Origin: the human T2T-CHM13v2.0 reference genome, Homo sapiens
Assembly: GCF_009914755.1 (NCBI RefSeq)
Contig: NC_060931.1
DNA length: 64,000 bases
Direction: 5' to 3' (one strand)
Below are positions 47,188-61,922 of the stretch, piece after piece. Below the pieces are notes generated by a model. It made no database searches, had not been told where the DNA came from, and worked only from the letters and a program-made list of their open reading frames with translations. Positions within the stretch are counted from its first letter, which is position 1, and every line of letters starts with the position of its first letter. The position numbers and the translations under genes are program-made.

Positions 47188-47497
47188 GGCCGGGCACCAT
47201 GGCTCACACCTGTAATCTCAGCAATTGGGAGACCTAGGCGGGGGGATCACTTGAGGTCAGGAGTTTGAGACCAGTCGGGGCAACATGATGAAACCTCATC
47301 TCTACAAAAAATAAAAAAATTAGCTGGGAGCAGTGGCACATGCCTATAGTCCCAGTTACTTGGGAGACTCAGGTGAGAGGATCACCTGAGCCCAGGGAGG
47401 TTAAGGCTGCAGTGAGCTGTGATTGTGCCACTGCACTCCAGCCTGGGTGACAGAGTGAGACCCTGTCTCGAAAAAAAAAAAAAAAAAAAAAAAAAAA
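47188..47497 (+). mobile_element. AluJb-like
   Basis: Full sense Alu with poly-A; aaaaactta on both flanks. Confidence 0.9.
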
Positions 47498-50139
47498 CTT
47501 AGTGCTTAATGGCATAGGTCAAATGATATAACAAAATTGTAAATATTATCTCTCAGAACTAGTCGTTGGACAAGCAGAGTTGATCACAGTTACACAGTAA
47601 ATTATTTTTTGCAACAAATCCATTTTTGTTCTCTATCCATTCACGAAAACACAAATGCTAACTTCATTATATCCTGTATCCATTAGACACTTCTAATAAT
47701 TTCCAGCTAAATTAGTTCAGAAGACTAACTTCTATTTTAATCACAGAGTGATTTAAAATTCTCAGTCTTTAGAGTTTTGGTTTCAAATGTCAAACCAATT
47801 AAATGAGTCTTTTTAGATAGTTGTTTCTGTTCATTACTAAATAATTGTCTTTAATCTATAACTCCTTGCAAAGTATTTTTCCTAATTACTTGCCATGCAG
47901 TAGCTATTTTAAAATCTAAAGCATTTTTCTAGTTGGCATTTTTAATGCACTAAAACCTCTTGCTAATTGTGTGTAAGTTTTAAAATACAACACTTTACCT
48001 CATTTTCTTATGCTTTCAAGACCAGTGTTTGTACAGAAAAGAACTTGAGGAAGAAAAAGACCTTCACTCTATTAATATGGTTTTCCTTTTAGAAACTATA
48101 TAATTGTTGTTTCTATTTCTTTTATTTTCATTTGGTCACTAGAAATTTTCAAGTATCAGTAAAGTAGATTAATGTTCATTAAATGAATTTATCTGTACTT
48201 TAAACTGCTTGCAATTAAAAAGAAAGAAAGAAAAGTACTCATGAAAAATGAGTCTTTGACCAAAAAATAAAAGGTACATGTTTTCTAGGAATATCCAAAT
48301 TCCATTTTCACTATGGATATTCTTTCTATATAATGAGAAATTTCATTAAAATTTTAAAAATATTTGTTAAAACTCTTCCCATATTAATTGATCACCCTCA
48401 AATTCTATGTGCCACAAAATCTGTTTAGGGTCAAGGTCCATCATCTTAATTTCAGGTAAAAATTGCTCTTCTCCTATTTCACTCTTTAAATGGGCAAATG
48501 TAGAGAGTTGGATATTACCAAGTGATGGTGCGGGTGTGGTTGAAAGGAAATTCTCCTGAACTGCTGGTGATTGAGCTGAAAGAAGTTTGGATGGGTTCTC
48601 CAAATACCAATGATGATAATGTGTGATGAAATGAAGGGTATAATTAATCCAAGTCTCTGCACGTGAGTTCCAAAACAAATAAAATTATAAAATAAATATA
48701 AGAAAGTTACCGATGGAAATATAAAAGAAGAATATTCCATATTTTGCTTCTTTTTTCACTTGTTGTAAAGGCTGATATTTTAGTAGTACACGATAAACAT
48801 CATTCAGTATGTTAGCTGGGCATGATAAGAGCCACTGTGGCCAAATTTAATATACCTTAGCTATGCAGTTCAAAAATACTGCTTTCTAAATTTCGAGGAA
48901 TTCCGAATGTAAAGAGTCATACATTTTGAAAAAATACCCCAGAGGAAAGAATTATATAAATAAAAAAGACACTTAATTATTAAATATATATTTGCTATAA
49001 AATATTAGAATATTATGTGACTATGAACCAAAAGTAGTTCAAGACACATCTCCTGTTGGCTTCTCATCCACCTTTTCCAAACTCTGAAGCCCATCATTAG
49101 CAGACTGGAGATTACAACGAGTAAAATCAGGTTAGTTGGAAGTTCATGTATTCTAATTTTTCCCATACTCTGCATTGTCACAAGCAATGTATTTGTGTCT
49201 CTATAAACTCTATCTTTCAGCAAAAGAGACTGCATGCATGTATGCACTCTGTCTTCAAACAAGGGAGAGTGAGTCCTAATTCATGATGTAAAGCAGAGCG
49301 TGGTGTGTCCACACCACCTCATGGTCAGGTTATTAGTTGTGACTTCAGTGAAATTAAACTCATGACTTAACTTGATTCTGAAATATGTAATGATGCCTTT
49401 CCCAGATTGATAGTAAATATCTTCATAGTACAATAAATATTCTTATAGATGTGTATCACCTGGGGGCCAAATGTCATGCTTAAAATTGGAAGGTTACTTT
49501 AGATCCATATGAGAATATTTAATCTTTTCCAAATTATTACTAACAGTTTGTAATCCACATATACACTGTCACCATCAGCCAATATTTATTGTTATACCTG
49601 CTATGTATACAGGTGAAGAAAAAAAATCAATAGGCTGATTTACCTACTTAAAGTATTATTATGTTGCAAAATGGCTATAATTCAGCAGAAAGTTTAGTCA
49701 ACGGGGAAAATTAAGGTCTTCTTACAATATTTACTAATCCCATAACAGTCTGATTCAAGGTTATTTTTGCAAAGGTACTCACATTTGTTACTGCATCTCT
49801 TATTAAGATCGCCTATGTTTGCTCAATTCAGTGACTTTCATGCTATCATATAAATGAAATAAAATGTGTAATTATCTCCAGGTAATGAAATATTTTTATA
49901 TATCTGTAAATATTTTATCTTCATTAGTCTTTTAAAATAGTAACAACTTAAGTATTTATGAATTCAGAATATATTGTAGTTCAGATGAATGTAGTTCAGA
50001 TGTGGTTATATGTCAAGGCATATTATATGTCCATCAGTAGGCAACATTATGTGTAGAATGAGCTTCTCTTGTCAAATAGATATGATCTCTGGCAAAATAA
50101 TTCAAAAACAGCACACATTGTAATATATTAAAATAATCG

Positions 50140-52050
50140 TGTGTCTGAAACTTTCCTTCTCCAGACTGAAGTTTCTGAAAGTCAAGGACTATGTTTTAGA
50201 CATGTTTTTGTATATAGTATCTAGCATAGTGCCTGGCACATGGTATATGCCCTAGAGAGGTTGGTAGAATGAATGAATGAAATGTGTAATCTGATTGAGA
50301 CGGCAAACCTAAATGTTAAAAATCAAAAACTCAAAGAAAAAACAAGCTTTGTAGCACAAAATCACTAAAAAGGAGAGACATTATGGAATAGACTGATCTA
50401 AGATTTCATAAACATGTTAGCTCTGGAATAGAACTGAGAAAGACTGTTCGGTTTAGGGAAAGGATGAACAAAAGGAAAGATGTTTCATATGAGTAGCTTT
50501 CTTAGTGAATCAGCAATAAGCAAGAGCAGAAAGCCATGAATTGAAAAATATCTGTCATATAATTGAATGAATGAACATGTTGTATTTGGACAGCGAAGTG
50601 ACTAGTCAGTAACTGGGCAGTAATAAAGTATAAAATTAGCAGGACTAGATTATCCATGTCCCTGAAATTTGGACAGAAGAATGTAAATGTCATGTAACAA
50701 AGTAGGGAGACACTGCATATGGTGAGGTTAACATCAACTCGTCAATCAGTCAATGATTCCAAGTTCATTATGTTCAGCATTGTGTGTTTAAGGTAGATTT
50801 GCCAGTCATCAATATGAAAAATAGGATTAGGGGAGAAACTAAAGCCCCATGATTCATTTTGGAAAAGATAAGCTGAGTTTATGCAGATACAAGGTAATCA
50901 GGATGCTAGAAAATTAAGGATAAAGGTTGCATTAGTGACAGGTTTCAGAGTAGACAAATAATATGCAATCTAGTGACAGATTGTTGATTGGGTATAATGA
51001 AAGGAAAAAAATGAAAGAGACTTCAAAACATGTGCACTACTTTAGAGTAAGAAAAATGCCATGACTGACATAGTTTAAGTGCAGAAACTGTATCTGTCTT
51101 GTTCATTATTGTATTCCAAATACCTAGGGCAGCCCTCACACAGGGTAGGCACCTACAGCTATTTGTTGATTGAGTGAAAGAATAACCAAATAATTAGAGT
51201 ATCTACCATGTGCACAGTCTAGTACTCTGCATTGGAACGGGAGCGATGCATATGTATATAACCCCTGTGTGCAACAAACTGCATCTAATAAAGGAGGCAG
51301 ATATGTATCCATGTTAGCATATACAAATAGACGTGTACATTTTTATATGTACATGTATGAGGGAATGAATAAAAGGGAGGGAAGGAGAAATGCTCCATAA
51401 TGGACTTATAGTTACAAACTGAACATTACTAGGCACATTACTGAATCAACACTTGACAATATTTGTATTTTGTCAAAACATATACCAATCACTTCAATTT
51501 AATTATATTGTAGTGAGGAATCCAGAAACAAAATATGGTACCTGTACTTAGGGTTTTGCATTTGTTGTCTAACATCTCCTCTCTAGCAAGGCAGGAGTAT
51601 AGAGATAAAAGCAATTTATGAGAACTATAATTCTACAAGGAAGCAGAGAATGACGAAAAGTCAGGGATGTGGAAAGAGAGTGATGAACTTGGAAATGTCT
51701 GCAGTGCAAACTGATTGAGGAAGGGAGACAGTACCGAAGTTTTATCTTAAGGACTGCATACAATTCTAATTGCTGGCAAAGTAGGGAGAGGACATTCCTG
51801 GCTGAGGGAGCTGCTTGAGTTAAAGAGTGAACAAAGCTCCACAGAACATGGCGAGTTATATTAAAAGTAAGCTTAGAAAGGTAGATGAGGTAGAGTGGGG
51901 AGTGGAGCATCTAAAGACCTTGAATATCAATCCAAAGCACTTAGCTCTTATTTTTAAGAAATAGGGGTTTGGAGAAGGGAAGGGGAAAGGAAATTAACAT
52001 TTATTGATCACTTGCCACATGCTAGAGACTACCTAGTATTTTTATGTTAT
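50140..52050. mobile_element. Cluster of L2/MIR remnants
   Basis: agcatagtgcctggcacatgg...gaatgaatgaa; tgtcttgttcattattgtattcc...atttgttgattg; purine-rich antisense L2 tract 51600-51960. Confidence 0.55.
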
Positions 52051-52434
52051 TTAATTGTTTTAGTTGGTAAGTGCTCAAGTCAAAACACAATCTGATCTTT
52101 CTGTAGATAACTCAACTCTGACTGCTGTTAGAAGAGGGAACCAGAGAGATCAGAGACTATAAGCAAACTAGTCAGTAAATTCATATTAAGAAAATATATA
52201 TATATATATATATATATTTTGAAATATTTTATGATTATTTGTCAACCTCCTTCCAAAAGGCACAGTTCTATGATGCTTACAACCTGACTAGATCATGTAT
52301 TGGGTAAAATGTAAACTTAAGTGTAAAACATGTCAGTTTAATAGCAAAGGCATTGTTGTCAGGTGAACCTCTGAATCTTTGTAATCACTTAATAGCAACA
52401 CTGGTTTGAGTAATGATTTAATGTCTTTAAGTCT

Positions 52435-52760
52435 GGCTAGGAGTGGTGGCTCATGCTGATAATCTTAGAACTTTGGGAGGCTGAGGTGGGTGAATCACTT
52501 GAGCCCAGGAATTCAAGACCAGCCTGGGCAACATGGCGAAACCCTGTCTTTACAAAAAATACAAAAAGTTAGCTTGGAGTGGTGGTGTGCACCTGTAGTC
52601 CCAGCTGCCCGGAAGGCAGGGGTGAGAGGATCTGTTGAGCCTAGGAGGTTGAGGCTGCAGGGAACCGTGATCATATCACTGTACTCCAGCCTGGGTGATA
52701 GAGGGAGACCCTGTCTCAAAAACAAACAAAACAAAATAAAACAAAACAAAACAAAACAAA
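52435..52760 (+). mobile_element. AluJ with (AAAAC)n tail
   Basis: Sense Alu, ggaggttgaggctgcag, aaaac-repeat tail. Confidence 0.9.
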
Positions 52761-53375
52761 AGTGACAATATGGCCACTCTACCGGGTTGGGGTTTATGCA
52801 TTAATTACTGGAGAACTTGCTTGTAAAGTGCTTTACGAGCTCTGGGTTGTTCACTCAAACGTGGCACACACTTAGAGATGGTTATTTTACCCTTATTTGC
52901 TTCAACATTTGATTAAAGCTGGTCACCCTCTAATCTGCTGCTGCTCTTAAGTGTCAGAACCCTGTTCTTGTTCATTTCTGTGTTTCTCACCTCAGCACAA
53001 TAACTGGCTCGTATTCTGCTCATTATTTGTACTGAATGTATGAAGCTATTGTAATTATTAAACATAAGTACTCAAAATATAATTTTTTAAATTATACTAA
53101 TTCTGATTATAATTACATCTCTAGCAAAAAAAAAAAAAGAAGAAAACATTAGGGGTTCATTTAGTTTTAAATATATGCTATATCACGTGGGTAACAAAAA
53201 AAGAAAAAGGATTAAGAAAGTAGACCAGAGACACAGTGCCTGATAAGTTAACTTACCAGCAAATTTTCCTGTTTTCTTCGCATTTTCCTTGCTTGACAAC
53301 TTTTTCAAAATTATAAAGCAAATGAGCATTTCTTGTAAGAAGTTAAACCGTACAATATACAATTGTCTCCCCTTC

Positions 53376-53735
53376 TGTATTAGTCTATTTTCACAATGCT
53401 GATAAAGACATACCTGAGACTGGGCAATTTACAAAAGAAAGAGTTTTATTGGACTTACAGTTCTACGTGGCTGGGGAGGCCTCACAATCACGGCAGAATG
53501 TGAAAGACATGTCTCAGACGGCGGTGGCAAGAGAGAGAATGAGAGCCAAGCGAAATGCGTTTCCCTTATCAAACCATTAGATCTCGTGAGACTTGATCAC
53601 TATCATGAGAACAGTCGGAACCGCAGAAAAGACCCACCCCCACAATTCAATCACCTCCCACCGGTTCCTCCCACAACACACGGGAATTGTGAATTCAAGA
53701 AGAAATTTGGGTGGGGATGCAGCCAAACCATATCA
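53376..53735 (-). mobile_element. THE1 (A-C-like) solo LTR
   Basis: tgtattagtc...gctgataaagacatacctgagactggg...gccaaaccatatca; TSD ccttc on both sides. Confidence 0.92.
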
Positions 53736-54224
53736 CCTTCTTATTCCCACTTGCACCAAAAATCAATATTAATGCCTGGCATATGTATCCTCCATACCTT
53801 GGTCCTTATTCATACAATCATTTACAAGCCAATATGTGTAAAGATATCATTGCTTTGTATCTGATATTTTTTATAGTAAGATATAAAAATGGAAGGTTGC
53901 ATAAACATAGAATAAGGAATAATTGGAATAAAAAATAAAATAAAAAGAATAATTATAAAGTCAACATTTATGTAACCATTACCCAGATAAAGAAAAAGTA
54001 CAATTTCTGAACTCAGCACCCTCAGTGTGACTTTTTCTTTTTCTATCTCATTCCATATCCCCAGAGATAACCATTATGCCAACTTCTGTGAAAATTATTT
54101 TCATACTTCTCTTTAGTTTTAGCACCTATAATTCTATTCCTAAAACATAGTTTAGTTATGCATACTTGAATTTTATATGAATTAGTTTATAATACATGTG
54201 GTTTGGAAGTATGTCTTCTATCTT

Positions 54225-54516
54225 TTGTGTGTGTGTGTGTGTGTGAGATGGAGTTTTGCCCAGGCTGGAGTGTAATGGTGCGATCTTGGCTCACCGCAAC
54301 CTCCGCCCCCTGGGTTCAAGCAATTCTCCTGCCTCAGCCTCCTGAGTAGCTGGGATTACAGGCATGTGCCACCACACCTGTCATGTTTTGTGTTTTTAGT
54401 AGAGATGGGGTTTCTCCATGTTTTTCAGGCTGGTCTCGAACTCCTGACCTCAGATGATCCACCCACCTAAGCCTCCCAAAGTGCTGGGGTTATAGGCGTG
54501 AGCCACCATGCCCGGC
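54225..54516 (-). mobile_element. AluSp-like with (TG)n tail
   Basis: 13-bp TSD tgtcttctatctt at 54212-54224 and 54517-54529. Confidence 0.92.
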
Positions 54517-54609
54517 TGTCTTCTATCTTCTGTTCATTAGTTTGTTAGATTTATTGTTATTGGATGCGGCTGAAGATGTTAACTTTTATTACTTTATAGA
54601 AATGATACT

Positions 54610-54762
54610 CTAACTATGGTTCCTTGACCACCAGCATCAGCCTGCTGCTGTTAGAAATCTCTCTATCACAGACCTGCTGAATCAGAAATTCTGGGATAGG
54701 GAGCAGCAGTGTGTTTTTGCAAGCCCTTCAGGTAATTATGATGCATTATGAAAAGCACTGCT
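54610..54762. mobile_element. MER5A DNA transposon remnant
   Basis: accagcatcagc...ttagaaat...cagacctgctgaatcagaaattctggg...aagcccttcaggtaattatgatgca. Confidence 0.7.
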
Positions 54763-55440
54763 AAGTAAAATTAAAATATATGAACATATTAAATTTAGAT
54801 GATCCATTTTACTCTTGATGTGTATTTGAATTATTTCAGATATTAACTATTGCCAAGATGGTGCTGTGAACATTTATATATATGTATCCTGGAATACAAG
54901 GGCATGATATCATTTAGAGTTTATATCCAGTTGAGAAATTGCTGGGTCATATGCTTATCTTCAATTTGATGAAAAATGCCACCCTGTTTTCTAGTGTGGT
55001 TTTGCTAATTTACAAGTCTTTCACCTGGCTCTTCCTTTTCTGTCTCTCTGCATACTAGAATTGGGTTTATGATATCCTAACATGTACTTTACCTAAATCT
55101 ATCTTACCTCAATTTTTCTCAAGCTGTAGGGTATCTACTAATATTCTCTGATGACAATAAATCACGTTTGGAATTTTGTTATTTATTTTAAAACATATAG
55201 TAGTATAATTTTCAAAAAATTAGAAAATATTATATATTGTTTAGATTATTTTCACTTAAAAATCCCTGTTATAAATCCCAATTCAGCCATATACTTCTAA
55301 TATAATAACTTATTTTTTGATAGCTGCTAAGTATTTCATGATGTGGAGGTACTATAATTTATTAGGCATTCAATTTTTTCAAGATTTTTTTCCCAACACA
55401 AACTAGGCTGCAACAGACATATTTGTTTATACATTCTTAC

Positions 55441-55705
55441 TGTGTAAGTCAGTTTGGGTTGCCATAAGAAGATACTGGGTAGACTAAACAACAAAAATTT
55501 ATTTTCTCACAGTTTATTTTCTTCGAGGAGGCTGGAAGTCTGAGATTAGGGTGCCAAAATGGTTGGGTTCTGGTAAGGATTTTCTTCCTAGCTTCCAGAT
55601 GGCTGCCTTCTTGCTGCCTGCCCACATGGCCTTTCCTCAGTACCTGCAAGGATAGATGGGGGAGAAAGAGAGAGAGAGATAAAGAGATTGCGCTCTCACA
55701 CGCAC

Positions 55706-55749
<44 letters not shown>

Positions 55750-55921
55750 AAGAAGATCTGGTGTCTTCTTATAAGGGCACTGATCCCATTATGACAGCCT
55801 CACCCTCATGACCTCATCCAAACCTAATTACTTCCCAAAGACCCCATGTCCAAACACCATCACACTGGGGGTTAGGGCTTCAACATATTAATTTTGGTGG
55901 GACACAATTCAATCCATAGCA
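55441..55921 (-). mobile_element. MLT1A solo LTR with (GA)n tract
   Basis: gtgtcttcttataagggcactgatcccatt...gttagggcttcaacat...cacaattcaatccatagca. Confidence 0.85.
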
Positions 55922-57272
55922 CATACATACTGGGCATTTATTTAATGTGGTAGATTTCTAAGAGTGGGTTGGCTATGTGGAATTATCTAGTAGATAGTAC
56001 CAGAGTGATATCCACACATATTGTAAGAGTTCCCATTTATGCCACCTATACAATAAACATTCTTTTAATGGCATCCCCATCAATATTGGGGAATTGATTA
56101 GTCATATCTTTTACTTATTTTTCTATTGGGTTGTTTGTTTTTCTGGTCAATGTTTAGAAGTCCTATTTATATCATATATGTCTTTATTATTTATATTTCT
56201 TCTATGCTGGAAATAATTTTTTCTTATTTGTTTACCATCTTTGTTTACAGTATTGTTGATATATTACTAAATATTATATAATCAATGTGTCTCTTTATCA
56301 TTATTTGAGTTTTATATTCTTAGTTAAGATCTCCCCATTCCTATATTTTATTTATATTTATATTTAAATCTGGAATATGTTGTGTGATATGTGTTCAGCT
56401 TCATTTTTTTAGTAGATAAGAAATTGTGCATCATTATTTAATAAATTTTCCGAAGGGTGAAGTACCCACTTTGTTGCAATATTAACTTCTCATGTATCCT
56501 GTATTCTCATGTATATCTCAAATTTCTATGTTGTTTCTCTGATTTTAGTTTTCTAACAGCAGCTATACATGTATTTATGTGATTTCAGTGGTTTTATATA
56601 TGTCTTCATAGATAAGTAAGGTCTTACCTCTTCCCTGGGACATTCACTTTTCCATATGAATTCTAAGATTATTGAAATTTATCATTCAAAAAAATCCCTG
56701 TTTAAAATCCAATTATATTCGATTTATATAATAATTTTGGTACAGCTGCCATTTTAGTGATATACTTGATATGCTTTATTTCTTCCATTTTATTATATTA
56801 CTACTTACTTCACAGTGTTGCTTTCCTTTTTGGTGCAAGAGTATGTTGTCCAAGTTGTCATATGTCCTTCTTTCCTCTTGTTAAAGTACAGAAAATTCTC
56901 CTCCTTTTTCTGGAACTCATGATCTAGCACTTAGTTCTCTGATATGTGAAAATAAGCTTCTAACTACTTCTTCATCAAGATGTTCTATTTTCCCATTGCT
57001 TTTATCTTCCATTCAACAAGTGAGCAGTATGAACTATTTTCACTTCCTTTAACTCTCTCTCTCCCTTCTACTCCTGGGTTTTGCTGAGATAGACTAGTAT
57101 TTTTAGTTCTAGACTATTATTATAATTTCCCTTGCAGTATTCCAAAAATTGTCTTCTATTTCAAAAGTTCTTGTTTAGCAGTTACAGTGCATATTTTCAG
57201 CACTCTGTAAGTACCCAAGGTTTATTGCTCACCACTGTTTTTTTATCCTTACAGTCTCCTATTTTAAGACGT

Positions 57273-57705
57273 TGTAGCAGGTTGAATAGTGGCCCCCAAA
57301 AGATAGATCTACGTCCTAACCCCTAGTACCTGAGAATGTAACTTTACTTGGACATAGGATCTTTGCAGAATCAGTTAGGAATCTCAAGATGAGAAGATTC
57401 AGGATTTAGAGTGCCCTAAATCAATAAATGGTGTCTTTATAAGAGGGAGAGAGGAGCAGGAGATTTTAGACACAGGCACAGGGCAAAAGACCATGTGAAG
57501 ATGAAAGCAGAGGTTGGAGTGAAACATAAGGAGCCACCAGAAGTTCCTTAAGGAAGAGGCAAAGAAACCTTCCCCCAAAGAGTTTTGGAGGCAAGGTTAC
57601 ACTGCCAACACCTCAATTTAGGAATTTTGGTCTTTAGAACTACAAGAGAATACATTTTGGTTGCTTTAAGTCACCAAATATGTGCTAATTCATTGTGGCA
57701 GCTCT
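57273..57705 (+). mobile_element. MLT1B/C solo LTR
   Basis: tgtagcaggttgaatagtggccccc...gaccatgtgaagatg...gctttaagtcacc. Confidence 0.8.
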
Positions 57706-57929
57706 AATTCTATTTAATAAATAAAAATTATTAATTTAATAAATAATTTATATTTAATGAATAAAATTTATCAAATAAATACACTTTATCTTTTTGTATT
57801 TTTGGACTGTGGTTTGAGATATTTCTCTCACTTCTTCCATTTTATTTGAGTCTCATTTTTTAAACTCATCTTAAAATTAATTTTCAATTTTTAAAATTCA
57901 TTTTTTAAATGTACAAGATGATCAGAGAT

Positions 57930-58350
57930 GCCTTTATTTATATCTTTTTGTTTTTGTTGCTTGCGTTTTTGAGAACTTGGTCATACATTTTTTGCCTAGG
58001 CCAATGTCCAGAAGAGTTTTTCCTAGGTTTTCTTCTAGGGTTTTTATAGTTTCAGGTCTTAATTTGGATCTTTAATCCATCTTGAGTTAATATTTGTATA
58101 CAATGAGATGTATGGGTCCAGTTTTATTCTTCTGCATATGGCTATCCATTTTTCCCAGCACCATTTATTGAATAGGGTATCATTTCCCCATTGTATATTT
58201 TTGTTGATTTTGCCAAAGATCAGTTGGTTGTGGGTATGTGACTTTATTTCTGGGACCTCTATTCTGTTCTAGTGATCTATATGTGTATTTTTATATAGTA
58301 CCATGCTGTTTTGGTTACTATAGCCTTGTAGTATCATTTAAAGTCAGGTA
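57930..58350 (-). mobile_element. L1PB/L1MA ORF2 fragment
   Basis: gcctaggccaatgtccagaagagtttttcctagg...gtaccatgctgttttggttactatagcc. Confidence 0.8.
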
Positions 58351-58704
58351 AATATTTCATCTAATTTTAAAAATTATTGATTTGATAGTGATGTCTATAT
58401 TCTTTTAATATCTTTTTAAAAAGTTGAACCTGAGAATATTTTTGTGAAAAATAAACATTTTTAGTAAAATATCACTAGATTAGTTTTGAATTACATGTAA
58501 CTATCTACATTAATTCTTTTTAACATTGGAAGACAACATCTTAGGGGATCTCAATAGGGAAGAATTTCATTTTTGTGTTTTAAAATGCCAGTTGTCATGA
58601 ATTATCATGGAAATTATTCTCTCTTTTCCTGTTAGAATTACAGGGCCATTTCAGTTCAGCTGAGAAGGGTACTTATTTGGCCCTCCATTTAGAGTGATCA
58701 CATA

Positions 58705-59073
58705 TGATATACTTTGGCTCCATGTCCCACCCAAATCTCATCTTGAGTTGTAATTCCCAATATTGGAGGAGGGGCCTTGTAGGAGGTGATTGGATCATGG
58801 GGCTGGATTTCCCCCTTGCTGTTCTCGTGATAGAGAGTGAGATCTCATGAGAACTGATGGTTTAAAAGTAAGCACTTCCCCTCTTGCTCTCTGTCTCCTG
58901 CCGCCATGTAAGACATGCCTTGCTTCCCCTTCTCCTTTTGCCATGATTGTAAGTTTCCTGAGGCCTCCCCAGCCATGCAGAACTGTGAGTCATTTAAACT
59001 TCTTTTCTTTATAAATTATCCATTATCCAGTCTCAGGTAGTTCTTTATAGCAGTGTGAAAATGGACTAATACA
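58705..59073 (+). mobile_element. MSTA/THE1D-like solo LTR
   Basis: tgatatactttggc...ggactaataca; TSD acata on both sides. Confidence 0.92.
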
Positions 59074-59914
59074 ACATATGTCTACAGGAAATTTACTTTT
59101 GAGCAAAGAATATACATAAACTAAAGAAATATGTACTTTTAAATAAGCAAATCTCATTTTTAAAAATATAAGATGATACAGGACAGACTATTAGAAGTAC
59201 AGTGTTTCATATTATACTTGTATAGCAGAAAACAGCTAAAAAAATAGAGCTGTACATCACAGACTCCAGACTCTATCAGTGTCCACATAAAGAATCATGA
59301 AATTTCTCAACACCATGGACAGAGCTTACAGGAAGGGAAGAAAAAGAACACATCCAAAACATACGGTATCAGAAAGGCTTTGAATTTTGTTATAGTCGTA
59401 CTGAAAACTGGAAGATTTTGCTACCAGTGTTATTCATGTGAGCTTTGCATCCTGCAGAAGGCATTCCATTTATCTCTCCTCTCAGTCCAGCAAGCTAATT
59501 ATCGTCCTGTGCTTTTAGAGCTATGAATATTTGACAGAGAAGGCATTAACAACTTCAGATACTTGATTTGGTTTGTTGCCTTCTGCAACAGAGTTCAGAA
59601 ATTTTAAAAAGAACATCGGCCATGTTAGAAACAATGGTATTTTTCCTAACTGTAATCCAGTATGATACTATCGATAGTGATAAAGCTTAATATTACAATA
59701 ATGCATATGAAGCTTTAAAAACAATTCTATTTTAACATGTTCAATTATAGTTCATATTCCAAATGAATGTTTATATGTAGCTGCTGCTTTTTTTTAGTTT
59801 TGCATTTTTTGGCCCTAGTTTATTCTTATTCACGATAATACTAGCTCACAAAATAGTTCCATTTGTAACTATAGAATGTTTTCTTAAGGGTTATTCCATT
59901 AATTCTTTTTCCTG

Positions 59915-60217
<303 letters not shown>

Positions 60218-60343
60218 TCATTAATTCTAATGAACCCTGAGGCGTCAGAAAGATGATTTCAAACTGGTTTTGAGTTAAGGTAGTGTGGTAAATATAGACA
60301 TTTTATTTCATTGCTTTTCTCTATTTGTGATGAATAATCTCAC

Positions 60344-60408
60344 TGTATTAGTCATGGCTCTCCAAAGAAACAATCTGTGTATAAATACACACACACACAA
60401 ACACACAT

Positions 60409-60462
<54 letters not shown>

Positions 60463-60844
60463 TTACTGTAAGAAATTGGCTCATGTGATTATGGAGGCTG
60501 TAAAATCCCATGATCTGCAGTCGGCAAACTGGAGACCCAGCAGAACAAATGGTATGGTTCCATTCTGAGTCTCTGAATACCTGAGAAACAAGAGAGCTGA
60601 TAGTGTAAGTTCCAGTCTGAGTCCAAAGACAGGAGAAGGCCAGTGTCCTAACTTGAATACAGTCAGGCAGACAGAGTGAATTTTTCCTTATTCAGCCTTT
60701 TGTTCTCTTCAAACCTTCAACAGACTGGATAAGGCTCACCAACATTGGGAAAGACAATCCACTTTACTCAGTCTACCCATTAAAATGTTAATATCATCCA
60801 GAAACATTCTCACAAACACACCTAGCGGGACGTTTAACCAAATA
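60344..60844 (-). mobile_element. MLT2 LTR with (CA)n(GA)n tract, cut by Tigger3
   Basis: tgtattagtcatggctctcc...ttggctcatgtgattatggaggctg...actttactcagtctacc. Confidence 0.85.
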
Positions 60845-61922
60845 CAGTGATGAGCAAGCCACACGATGACATTTTGGTCACTGATGGACTGCATTAAGAA
60901 AGTGGTCCCATAAGATTATAATGGAGATACAAAATTCCTATTGCCTATGGATGTCATAGCTGTCTTAATATCAAAGTGGAACACATTATGACTCACATGT
61001 TTGTGGTGATGCTGGTGTAAACAAGCCTATTGTGCCATCAGTTGTATAAAAGTATGACACATAAAATTATGTACACTACATAATAGTAGACAATGATAAT
61101 AAACGACTGTGTTACTGGTGTATTCACTATACTATACTTTTTATCATTGCTTTAGAGTGTACTCCTTTGACTTATTTTTTTTTAAGTTAACTGCAAAATT
61201 GCCTTAGGCAGGTCCTTCAGCAGGTATTCCAGAAGACATTGTTGTCACAGGCAATGAGAGCTCCATGGGTGATACTGGCCCTTACAACCTTATAGTGGGA
61301 AAAGTTGTGGAGGTAGAACACAGTGGTCGTAATGATCCTGACCCTGTGTAGGCCTGGGCTAATGTGTGTTTGTGTCTTAGTTTTTAACAAAAAAGTTTAG
61401 AAAGTAAAAAATAAAAATGAAACATTTTTAAAATAGAAAAAAATCTTTAGATAAGGACACAGAAAAATATTTTGTGTAGCTGCTAAGTGTTATTACAAGT
61501 TTAAAAAAATTGAAAGTTTATGAAGTAAAAATGTTACAGTAAGCTAAGGTCAATTTATTGTTGAAGAAGAAAAATGTTTTAAAATTAGTGTAGCCTAAGT
61601 GTACAGTGTTTATAAAGTCTACAGAGATGTACAGGAAGGTCCTAGTCCTTTGCATTCACTTACCACTCACCCACTGATTCACCCCGAGCAACATTCAGTC
61701 CTGCAAGCTCCATTCATGTAAGTGCCCTATACAGGTATGCCACTTTTTATCTTTCATACCATATCATTACTGTACCTTTCCTATGTTTAGATACACACAA
61801 ATGCCACTGTGTTACAATTGCCTACAGTATTCAGCCCAGTTACCTACTGTACCGGTTTGTAACCTAGGACCAATCAGTAGGCTATACCATACAGCCTAGG
61901 TATGTAGTAGCCTAGGTATGTA
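60845..61922 (+). mobile_element. Tigger3b (MER7B) DNA transposon, 3'-truncated
   Basis: Begins after TA with cagtgatg; ggtcccataagattataatggag; shares its terminal body with the Tigger3a at 10055. Confidence 0.85.
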
